47,044 nucleotides of DNA, from the NCBI GenBank assembly GCA_964200185.2, contig CAXNAD020000018.1, positions 1 to 47,044 on the forward strand, in the 5' to 3' direction. This document shows, piece after piece, positions 24,876 to 36,166 of this stretch. Under the pieces are notes generated by a model. That model saw nothing but the letters and a program-made list of their open reading frames with translations, was not told where the DNA came from and did no database searches. Each line of letters opens with the position of its first letter. The stretch's first letter is position 1. A program made the translations under genes and the position numbers. The DNA comes from Choristocarpus tenellus KU-1152 (taxonomy: Eukaryota; Protista; Phaeophyceae).

Positions 24876-27800
24876 CATGCAAACAGGAGGTTGACTAACA
24901 TCACCGCAGCCATCATTGGGTGTCTTCGCAAGGGCAGGCAGGGTAGCTTCACCTCCTACAGTAGTCGAACTATGCAGATTATGTCTTCATTGTGGTTGAG
25001 ATCTCACTGGGAAGAGATGAACATTTGACACTCCTGATATCTCACTGGTCAACGTAAATAACAAGAACTATGTTATTTCTCTATGGGATAGAATTACTTT
25101 TTACTCTGTCTTCAGCTTTTTTACCTCTAGCTTAAAAAAAATAGCAATGCTTTACTATTGTTAATATTGTTCCTATTCATATATTGTATTATCACTGTTA
25201 TAATCCAATTAGTAGCTAATGCTTAATGCTACAAGCAGAACAGCACATACCGCAGTACAATTTAGATTTTTTTAATCCAGTGGAGTATATAGTGCTCAGT
25301 GTATGATGTGACTTCAACTATGTTGAGTGTGATAAAATGTACATATTCTTGTTCTTGCCAAACTTGCTGACCTGTGGCAATCCTGCATTTCATGTGTTTG
25401 ACCTATAACCCTTGTGAGAGGTGTGAATGTGGGCAAGACTAAAGTTTAAATCCAAAATGTAGCAGTGACTTGGCTTTTTTTTTTCCACCTAGAAACATAA
25501 AAAGTAGAAACAAGCACAAAACAAGTAGAAAACAAGTAGAAAACAAGTGCGCTAACCTTCAAACAAATGCATCAAACAAAAAATGTGTGAAAGAGCACTT
25601 TCAACACGGCTACATTTTATGTAAGGTAACACAGTTGGATGATGGGAGCGATCCGAAAAAATAACTGTGACAGCTCAATATTGGAGATTGCTCTATCGCC
25701 TTGAGAATATCAAAAGAAATTTGTAGAATTTCCTGTGTCATGTTGCGTTTACATTTAGTTTCATCATTTGGAACAAGAAACCGACATATTGTATCTCAAG
25801 AATGCCACATGAGGTGGGATCAAGTTCATACCAGAAAAGTGATGAGTGACATTGGTATGTCCCACTTTGATAGGTCCCAGAAAGCTCTGACCTGGGCAGA
25901 GGCACCATCAGCTCTTTAAATTAGGATATCTATTGACACAATAGTATGAAGTCCTTTCAAGTGAAGCTCTAAATGATTATGCCACCTCTTGGCACTACGT
26001 TGCCTCAGGTGCATTGGAGGTGAGAGCACCTCAGTCTTCATAGGATCCTCTCTCCTGTCAGGGTAACCAAACCGATACAGAGAATTACACTAGGTCCATC
26101 ATATGTAGAATTTCTTGTAATCACACAGGGCCGCAGTTGTTGGCAAATTTGAAGTTCACTTATCTTCTGAGCAGTGCATTGATCGATGGAGAGAAAGTCT
26201 CTATATAGCTGATGTCAGGTACACTGTTCTTGTCTTTTTGTGTATTGTCAAGTAGAGACATACTATACTATAATAATATAATACTATAATACTATAATAG
26301 CACAGAATAAGAAAAAAAATCAGTTGCATGATTGTGGTGCTATACTTGCATGCATACACACTGGTGGCTTGCCCGTTGAGTAGTTGTTACTGACACTGGA
26401 CAGAAGCAGAGAAACAAGGGGATTGCAGGAAAACCCCCTCACATATACGCATATATATATACATATACTGAATGCGTTCACCAAAGTGGACAAGCAATGC
26501 GTCCAAGCAATCGTCCAGTGTTGTACTTCCTTGGTATAGAGTGTAAGAGGTCATTGTTTATTTTTTCAGTAGAATCTATCTCCTTTTCTCCCATGAACAA
26601 CCCATCGAATCTGGGTCTGCAGTTATTGATGTACTAAAATTGTAGAGATTCATTGCCATTAAAAAACCTGGATACTCCTAGTTGTTGTGTAGCTATCAAT
26701 AGAATTTCCTCTCAGGGATACACCTAACTTTGGTAACATAGATTGGACTGGTACATGGGAGTATGGTCTAAGCCCAGTCGGGAAGGGTAAAAAGTATTAC
26801 CAGCTCTTGTACTCCGCCTAGTGCATACAGGTGTATGTGTGTACACAATCTATGGAGTGTTACATTGTATGCTCTAACCGTCACACTTACAAAGTGATGC
26901 CTGGATATGAATCCCAATCACAGCAAGAACTTTTTGTCAGGAAAGTGTGTTTTGACTGTACCCATGATCTACTAATCATTGTGCTGCTGACCTGATTCCA
27001 ATGTGGGAGAAGCAAGACTTGAACTTTGGTAGTGGGAGAGGTACCTTGAGGTCATGTGTAGGGTTTTCTTGACTAAATGTCTTGACTAAATTGAAACCGA
27101 AGACAGTACAGTTAAAAAAACCCAACTCATGAGTAGTACTTGAATGTATGCACACGGTGTATAGTATATATACTTCGGAATGAAATACTTCATAGCATAC
27201 GGCCGTGTGCATTGTATTTGTTGAGGTGAACATTTTGTGAAAAAGGATGGTATAGTGGGATATTCATTGAACAAAGGATATACTACTGTTGAATCTAAAA
27301 TGAAGTGTTCTGAAGTGGAAGACTGGGGAGGTACAACTCGTGTTCACCAGTAGGGGTGGGAATGACTGTGTCCTACCTTGAACCTCCTAACCGAACCCAC
27401 ACAATAAGCTAGTTAGTACCTTCAACAAACTTCTACTTCATCAGTTGTATGTTGCATAGGGAGGCTTGAATTGCGGGAGCTATCTTGGTTCCGAGTTGAG
27501 ACAATGGTGCTGCGGCTGTCTGCATGGAACTCTGTATGAGTTTGGGACAGATATACTTGATATGCTTCATCAACTGGTTGTGGATTCGTGAAGATTAGGT
27601 TGACCCCAAGCCCTATATCTGACCACATTCCACCACAGCTGAAAGTCACAAACATAAAACAAGTACCAAATACAGCGCCCCCTGATGCAAGGACCCCTCG
27701 TGCTTTTTCAGGCTTACACCTATCAGGCTTACACGTATCATGTCTACCTAAGACAAAGAGCGAGAACCCACAAAAAATACTGTTTAAACCCTAACCCTAA

Positions 27801-28160
27801 TATTGGACTACTTTGGCGAAAGCCCCAACCTTGCCCTAACCCTAACATAGCACTCCTTCGAGTTCATCCCCCCCTTCCTCCTCCTCAACTTAAGTGGACC
27901 CCTGACCCCAGTCCCAAATCCTTGAAGTCGTGGGTTGATGTTACTGTGATATTGGATAAAATCCAAGGTTGGTTGGTGTAAATAGCATTTGAGATATTAT
28001 TTTTAGGAGGAAGAACTTGACCTTGTAAAAGAGAGTTGCAATGTTGATTTTTCATGTTCATATTATAATGTTACAAGATTGCAGTTTTCATGTGCTCTTA
28101 GTGTTGCGCGTTTCTCCAGTACTATGTGTATTGCCAATGTTGCATGTGAAGAGAGGAAGA

Positions 28161-28404
28161 GAGCCAACGTATGATATGTACCCAGGTTTTGGTTGTCTAG
28201 CAATTTTGCAGTTTACCCATATTTTTATTATTTATATGGATGAAGTGCTGAGTTTGACTTGAGAGGGTTGATTACTCTATTGCTCGAAATTTTTGACAAG
28301 ATTCAGAGAAGTTTCAACACACATTTCTAAAAAAATCCGAATCTGTTCATGCATGTCAGAATCCTTCAAACGCAACTCTGGGCATCTCTCGTTTATTTTG
28401 GCTC
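28161..28404. mobile_element. MITE family B, copy 3
   Basis: GAGCCAACGTA ... CTCGTTTATTTTGGCTC; shared core; flanked by AGA/AGA. Confidence 0.75.
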
Positions 28405-28644
28405 AGAGTGGACCATGTACTGTGTCTTGCACTATGTCTTGCCTATGCTGCATACATATTTCTTGGCATTTTATTGGAATCTGATTATCATTTTTTCAGA
28501 GTAGCCTTTCATTTTCTAGGGTTTGGGGTGTATTTGATATTGTGCTGCATACACCAGCACCAATGAGTCACCCTAATGATTAGCCACCCTAACCCTATGT
28601 AGCAAAAACTGCAATGGTAGTTTGTTGACAATCTGCACTTGCGA

Positions 28645-28703
28645 TGTATCTCTATGTGTATCTCTATGTGTATCTCTGTGTGTATCTCTATGTGTATCTC
28701 TAT
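28645..28703 (+). repeat. 12-bp tandem repeat GTATCTCTATGT x~5
   Basis: Direct reading. Confidence 0.85.
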
Positions 28704-30120
28704 TTTCACTACAAAATCAGTAGGTGTTGAAGGTGCAATGAAATCAATTGACGCATAAAAACAAAAGTCTTTGTCTAGTCTCGGCTTGATTTCTCTTATG
28801 CCAGCAGGACCAGGTTTTCCACCCTATATGGTAAAGGCAATGATATTTTCAAAAGCTGCAGTTATTGATCTCTATTTCATGTTTGGGGGGAAACAGATAT
28901 CTTTCAACCTCTGCTAATGTCACAACACTGCATTATTCATTAGTCCCTGCTGTGCATGATACAGAAAGGTTGTTTGAATATCACTTTGTGGGAGTATGTT
29001 GAGTGTGTGTGTGTAGAGAGGGAATGGGTGCTAAGACAAACTTCAATACAACATGGGCAATGTGCTACACAGATTAAACATTCACTTTTAAATACGATAA
29101 ATGCAGAGGCCCTGGAGGAAATATCATTGAGAGGAGAGAAATAAATACCAATTTATGTATGATATTATTATATTACATGCAAAAATATTAATATTAGTAT
29201 GATACAATGTTTCAAATTGTGTTATTGCAGGTCTGTGATACACATGGACTAGGAAGAGTGCCCAAACACCTTCCCAGAAGTTCCATAAAACTCATTATTC
29301 TACTATCTATGTATGTTCCTATTCCTTATACTTGTAAATGACATACCATACTGCATTTGTTCTTCAGCAACCAAGTGTGTTGTCTGCCTTTGGTCCATTG
29401 AATGACTAGCAGCTGTAGTGTCTGCATCAAACCAAATCACTACTTACATGCTAAAATCTCATGCTCTTGTGAAGCACAATGAAGAGACGCTGTGTAGAGA
29501 GTATTGTCCCTGCTACAATCCAACACATATACGCTTCAGCACAATCAATACATCAATCAGATTTGATCTAGATCACCGAAGTCCTGCAGGGCTCTTGTAG
29601 CCTCCCTGTTGAGGCAAGCACACTCATGAAGGATATCTGTGGTGGAAGGATTGCAGCAGGCAAGGGAGTATCTACAAGATCTTGACATGGGGAAATTGCA
29701 CCTATCTGTTGGATATGGTTGGATAGGGAAACATATGTATCACAGTAGTTGGTATGGTCTACAGGTGGGTGACAAAATTAGGATCAGAGTGAGACATTCA
29801 ACGTGAGTATACAAGTATAAAAAACTATTTTATTATGCCTTTGTACAAACCATGAATTGAAGTGCAGCTTTCTACCATGCGAGTCATGGCCTAAAGCTGT
29901 TTTGTCCCAAGATAGAAAGGACAGCAATCAACCTCAGAATTGCTAGTAGTACTGTGTCACAAGGACGTGTATGTCTTTCAAGGTACAAGGAACATACTTT
30001 TTTTCCAGTCCTCAGATTGATGAAGAAAAATAAATGCATTGCATGATTGGTGGAAAGAGGAAGCTTATTTGTGATATGATTGATATGATTGATGTAGCTT
30101 GGACTAGAGGGAATTCACAC

Positions 30121-33100
30121 CTCGAAGAGTCCCAGCTTCCCCTCCCAAGGAGTGGTCCACCACCGAACAAACTGGCTCGAGACTCCAATCAAAACCTAGC
30201 GAGTGAGATGTGAAAGCAATAAAAGTCTTACATAACACATCTTTTCACACACTACACAGAGGTTACACAGAGGTTACTACACTCAACTGCATAGAGGTTA
30301 CTGCACTCAACTACAGAGCAGTATGTGATATCGCTAGACTCAGCCCTCAGAAGCATAAGGTACTTTTGATCATTTTGACTTATGTACATTCTTTCACAGG
30401 CAGATAGAGTTATGGATATCTTGAATAATATATTACATTTTCTGCAAAATATCAAATAATGGCTTGTAGAACTCCACACCAAGGATGGCATTTCTAGACA
30501 TGAAGAAATATGAAATGGAAACAGAGGATGTGCTTCAGTTCAATAGTCTACCTAGTTTCTAAGCTAAACACTGAATATTGGTTTCATTCCTTCCTAGACT
30601 TGATAGCTTCAAAGCAATAGGTCTGAGCTGGTTCAGATTGCAGCCAATCCCTAAATGAAAGATTAATTGCTGAGCAATTGATAATTCTGAGTCTTCAATC
30701 CAGAACTAACAAGACATGTAGCCAGACCTTCACACCAATTCTGTAGAGGGGGAGACTTCAGTGCCTCCTGATCTGGCGCAAGATTATCCAGCATTGCCTC
30801 TGCCATGCACTGAGGACACCAGGATACGAAAGTCAGATCCATGGATTTCCAGGTCTGAATTTACTTTGCAACACATGGCACACTACAGAAGCTTTCCAGA
30901 CAAAGCTGTAGATGTGCTCTGGCAGGAGATTGAGGTGGGCAACTCATGAAGGGCTACATAACAAGGATGCAAATGCAGACTTGTGCAAAAGGGCACAGAG
31001 ATTAAGATTAGAGCGATTAAGATTCTTCAGAATGTACCTCACCTTTCTGAGATTCAAGCTTTCCTCATCTAGTACTTCAAGCTGAGGCAGGTAACGTGTG
31101 ACAATAGTGTGGTATGACGGATGCTCACATGCTGACATACCATGGTGTTGTCACAATAAGGGGGCGGGTATTTGCTGTTGGATTAACAATAAAAGAAGGT
31201 ATACCTTATGTTATTGATAATTGCAGGAACCAGCGCAAAACATTAGGGACAGACATTATAGCATATTAGTAACAGAGTGACAGCTAGAGAAATGGAGATG
31301 GCCTTCAACAAGGGTGATGAACCCTGCTGGTCAATCATATTAATCATGTCATTCTCTTCTATATTCTCCAGCACCTGGGTTCTTGTCATTGCCTTTGTAG
31401 TCTTGGAGGAATAGATGCCTTAGGCTTGGAAGCTGCTTGGCCCCAAGAAGCAAACCGCCAAGCATGAGGGATGGTTGGGTCATTGTCTACTGTCACTAAC
31501 AAGGTGGTAATTTTTTTTTGCTACAAGCAACAGTCACAGTCCGACAAAGTGATTGAAAACACAAACTACCTTTATTTATCACTTCAAAAAATCCAAGTAA
31601 AGTGTTCAGGCATTTTCGTGATATTTCATACTACCTCCATGCCATAAGTCTCTTCTGCGTTGTCCATAACTTTAGAAGATGATGAAATCCATTTCTGAAA
31701 GAAGATTTGGAATCCTCAGCGAATTTCTGGTTAGGCTAAGCTCCTTTTACGACTATTACTCCCCATCCATCACAACTTTATCAGTCACAGAAAAAGCCTC
31801 CATGTCTACCTTCGGCATGTTTTCAAACTCACCAGACAACTGCTTCTTCCTTACCTCTGTATAATCCACACTGAAGTCATTCCCCCTTTGTACCTAAGTA
31901 CTCGATTGTACACCACAAAAAGGATATGCCAAGTCCTCTCAAGTGTAGTTTCATCATACTCCTCATACTATTTCTTAATTACCTTCACCATCTCCTCAAC
32001 AGACCCAAACCGCTCCCCCATCACCCGGCATTTCAAAGACCTGAAGAAGCACAGGTCAATGATATTGAGGTCAGGGGAGTTAGATGCACAAGGCTAATCT
32101 AATCGACCACCCCTCAGTCTTCCCTGCCTCTGACAAGATTTCCGAGTTGCCCTTGCCCATGCGGGTGGGGGGCACCGTCTAGCTGAATGACAACATTCTT
32201 CCTCTGCAACCAAGGCATCTTGGTCTTGATTGCAGGCAGTAACTCCTCCGTGTACCACTTCCTGTATATCAAATGGTCTAAAGTACAGTCCTGCTCATAC
32301 ACATCCCCCCTTTTATGGTTCTTGCTTGTCCTGTCTGCCGTTATTGGCGCGCGCACACGCTTTTTCCATGAAAGCTGTGAGCCGAATCTGGGCGGGTGTT
32401 GACTGCAATGATCATGTTTTTGGGGATATGACTCTTGTGCTGCACAGTAGGGGACCCTAGAAAGTCGCTATCATCCAGATGTGGAGATACCCTAACCCTT
32501 TCCCCATCAGCCATAACTTAAAACCAGGTTTCAGTCACATGAATCGTATTCGCCATGGAGGTGTACACACCATGATTCTGGTCCACTTGATCGCAAACAA
32601 AGTCCATTCTCCATACCTTTTGCCATAGTTCAAGCTTGGGTTTGATCCAGGGGTGATTGGGCATGGCCCCGATATCATCCAACTACCTGTTTATGGTGCT
32701 TGTGCTATAATTCAGCCCCTTGGCGACCATCTTCATTGTCACCTGACGCACTGTGAATGAACGATTATCGGAGTTGATACTATGTATTGCGGCCATCTTG
32801 GTCGGTGTGAGTTCCGAAGGTCGCCCACTACGTTCCGCCACCCCTAGGTCAAGCGTCTGGTCACGTTCCAGCCGATCGATAACGTCCTCCCAGAGCCCTC
32901 ACATGTTACGCTTGGACACTCCAAACTCCGCTGCGAGGGTCGGCCAATGTGTCGCTGCAGTTTATGCTCACCATGGACTATGGCAAGGGTGTGCCTCACT
33001 GCAAGGGCAACCTGGTATTCAGGGACACTTGGGCACCCTTCCTACGCGGGGGGGTTGATGGGGTTGCCATGCCGACGTTCTGACCCTTGACGTACCCAGT

Positions 33101-36100
33101 TCTGGCCTGAAAATCACCCCAAAAGATCCCTACGTTGATGGCTTGAAGCACCTTGAGTTTGTACCTGATGATCCTCGACCCCCACCCTTTTATGAAAGAT
33201 GAGATTGTCAACCCGATTTCATTCCGTAGGGTTATTGTCCGATTCAGTGCTGTTCTCGCTCGGCGATCCCACATGTTTCGCGGCACAAACTTATGACACA
33301 GAGGTAGTACATTCCAAATGTGCCATGTACATAGAACACATGAGTACATGTATCAAGTAACTTATGACGCAGAGGTAGTACATCCCAAATGTGCCATGTA
33401 CATAGAACACATGAGTACATGTATCAAGTGGTAGTGAGGACAACTGGAGGTGGTGACCGCACTGATGTAAGATATTGGTGCACCAGTTGCTTCCAGGAAA
33501 TAGTTCCTGTCTACTATTTGAAGAGACAAGAAATACATTGTTGTGACACGCAAACTACACTAAGACTTCTCCATACATTTGTTATTTTACCGTGTTCAAG
33601 AGTCAATGCACCTACCCGCGTGAGCATGGCCACATCGTCAACACTTGTAATCTGGTTTCCCTGTGGTTTGAATAGGGTGTTGTGGTTAGGGTTAGGGCTG
33701 TGACTTGTTGTACAATAGTTTCCCAACATGCAGTCATTCAAAGTGTTCTCAGTTAGTTTGAAGAAATCTGTTATACCATGCTTCACCTTTGTGATATCTG
33801 TTGCATTCATGCTGCTGCTTTTGTTAGTCAATGGGATTTTATAAAACTCTATGCCATTCCTCCACCGAGCCAGCCCCCCATCCTGGCTTAAAATTCTTGC
33901 TCTTTTGAAATTTGTTCACCTTCAAGTCCAAGTATTCCAAGCTCATATTATGTTTGAGATTACCTGCAACAGGTTTAAGGTTTTAGGGATATTGAAAACA
34001 CCAAAATGGATTCAGATCAAGTTGATATCACACGATGTAACCATTGTCTGCACCTTTCCATCAAACGTGTCTACTATTTTGTCTAGGGTCATTTGGAGAA
34101 GTAGAGTTGGCACATGGTACACAGTGTATATACGTCCCAATATATAAATCAAGCCCACCAATATATGAAGCTTACAGTCAATGGGAACACCCCAGCCTTT
34201 GCAAGCTAGCTACAGAGGATGTGTAATGTGTAGCTGAAAGCTACAGAGACAGCATACCATGCACACAATTAGTCTTTCATGCCCTCATTCCACAAGGAGA
34301 AACTTTTAATGATACCTTAAGCTAAATCAGAAAACCTCACCTATCCTTTGAACCCTATTGTAGGACAGGTTTAGTCGTTCAAGAGCAACTAAGGTATCCA
34401 GCCCTTCTATCTCTCGAATCTGACAGTTAATTTGTACAGGAGAAGCAGCAACAATTGTGGTTTAGGCTGATGAAGGTATTAGTTAACTCTCTGCCTTGGC
34501 TAAATGTGGGGCACACCATGGACACCTAGGAAGAAGGAAACGCCATACAATTCTCAACCATGTTCTGCAATGTATGTGTCTTGAAATCTAGATGCAATCC
34601 CCAGCTATGCATATGATCCCATCATTTCACTAGGAGGATTGTTCAGGCACATGACAGTGAAAATTGGAAGAAAATAGTACTTCAAATTTTCTATTTTTGT
34701 TTACTATTTCATACTATTCTGTAACTCCTCAATGTAGTATGGATGTAGTCACTTGTACACTCAACTAACCTCATTTCTGCTCAAAGATAGTCTCCTTAGG
34801 CTGGTGCACCGACTGAGGCATTCAATCCGTCTTATACCTACAGAAGTTGTAAGGTAGAATGCAGAGGATGATATGTTTGGTAAAAAGTAGGATGTGAAAC
34901 AAGGATCATTGCTGTAGAAGATGAGAATATCTGCAGTGACACTCCAAGTACATTGGATTCCAAGGTGGGAAAAAACAGGGCGCTGATATGGAAGTGCTTA
35001 AATCTTCAGGAAATATGCAAATAAATACCTGAACGATTTTGTTGGTGGGGGTAGATGCATTCAATCTCCAATTAATTTGACCATGTACATACGTTTGGAG
35101 GTGCAGGAGAAATCAGACTGGAGAGAGCTGTGTAGAGTAGTGTGTTTCCTTGTCTACGCCAACTTACGATGTATGCAACTGAATCTGGGGTCTGACTAAG
35201 CCGCCCAGACAATTTTGACTCTACCAATGACTTTATTTTGGACTTTAGAGAAAACATGGAACATACAGTAAGTTCTACGTTAAAAGAGTGAGACACAAAA
35301 TTGCTGTTGAAGGTAACCCTGCAATGGAAATAGGAGAGGTTAAACACAGAAGAAACATGCCAATATAGAGCTGAAGGAGAGGAAATTCAGATTGAGGAAA
35401 ACGTGGAGATATATTGAGGACGAGATGAAAGGAGGGGGAAGAGGCACGGCGTTACCATATCTAGGCTAGACGAAATATTTTATAATGGAGATGTCCACAG
35501 GCGAGATTCAGTAGGACTGGAAATATTAAATATCACATCCATCTATTGCATCCATATCCATACATGAATGTGGAGCATTTGTGCATAAAGGCAGTGGAAA
35601 GGCTTCGCCGATTGTCTAGTCCAAGTAGCTGTGAACTGGGGCAGTTCTTGGAAGTGCTTTTCCTTCTCTTACCCATGCATGACAGCTCCAGCCATTGGAT
35701 CACCTCAACGTCATATTCCCCGCTGACCTGATGGTCGTAACATTGGTTGAGTTATATGTTGGCATAGTGGTCTTAGGTGGTCCCTTGTGAACCTACATCT
35801 ATATTCTACACCATAATCTAGATTGTACGTAGAGCTGCATTCCAAAAGTGTATCAGGTTACCACCAAAGATTGACCGACAATAACCAAATTGTGATGGAT
35901 CGATGGAGTGACAACTTTTTTGGACAGGGAGAGCATCCTCGAGAAATCAGTAAAATACTAAAACATTCCTAATCACTACGCTGAGGTTACCGTCGTTAGG
36001 TCGGTCGACATTAGAACGTCACGCAAGTTGCGGTATCTATATTTCGATGAAACCAAAGTTAAAGGTCATTGGATATGCGTCCTGGTCCACGTTATCTAAG

Positions 36101-36166
36101 TTCAAACCAAATTACAACCTTTTTGGCCAGTTCCTCGGTGATTTTTGTGCCACCTCCACTGCTCAT
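30121..36166 (-). CDS. LRRC61: LRRC61-like leucine-rich repeat protein (SDS22-type LRRs plus LRR cap); 3' terminal exon(s) unresolved
   Basis: Exons 36166-36119 (MSSGGGTKITEELAKK), 35727-35673 (VSGEYDVEVIQWLELSCM), 34837-34770 (GIRRIECLSRCTSLRRLSLSRNE), 34419-34341 (IREIEGLDTLVALERLNLSYNRVQRI), 33963-33920 (GNLKHNMSLEYLDLK), 33660-33616 (GNQITSVDDVAMLTR), 31432-31375 (LPSLRHLFLQDYKGNDKNP), 31131-31043 (ACEHPSYHTIVTRYLPQLEVLDEESLNLRK), 30809-30728, 30195-30121. All GT-AG and phase-consistent. The N-terminal IT..L.K..GEYD motif and layout resemble animal LRRC61 as recalled, not searched. Confidence 0.8.
31631..33307 (-). mobile_element. Decayed Tc1/mariner DNA transposon (DD39D/plant-mariner, Stowaway-type ends) in intron 6 of the LRRC61-like gene
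   Basis: Left end TA|CTACCTCCATGCCATAAGT at 31629-31649; right end ACTTATGACACAGAGGTAG|TA at 33289-33309. About 19-bp TIRs and a TA target duplication enclose a transposase relic. Confidence 0.9.
31756..33070 (-). pseudogene. Mariner (DD39D-like) transposase pseudogene
   Basis: Fragments: HTH LAAEFGVSKR, RSGRPS, TIHVTETWF* (first catalytic D of HVDEKWF replaced), KSHIPKNMIIAVNTRP, VVIQLDGAP, NSPDLNIIDLCFFRSLK, and KGG(NDF) across a frameshift. Multiple stops and frameshifts. Confidence 0.9.
33288..33429 (+). repeat. 71-bp tandem duplication comprising the mariner right TIR, the TA and flanking host sequence
   Basis: 33288-33358 is repeated at 33359-33429 with 2 substitutions. Confidence 0.9.

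Noticed and set aside
26900-29700. Additional gene or LRRC61 terminal exons (candidates near 29575-29606 and 27422-27533)
   Set aside because: Splice phases could not be reconciled with confidence; left unannotated.
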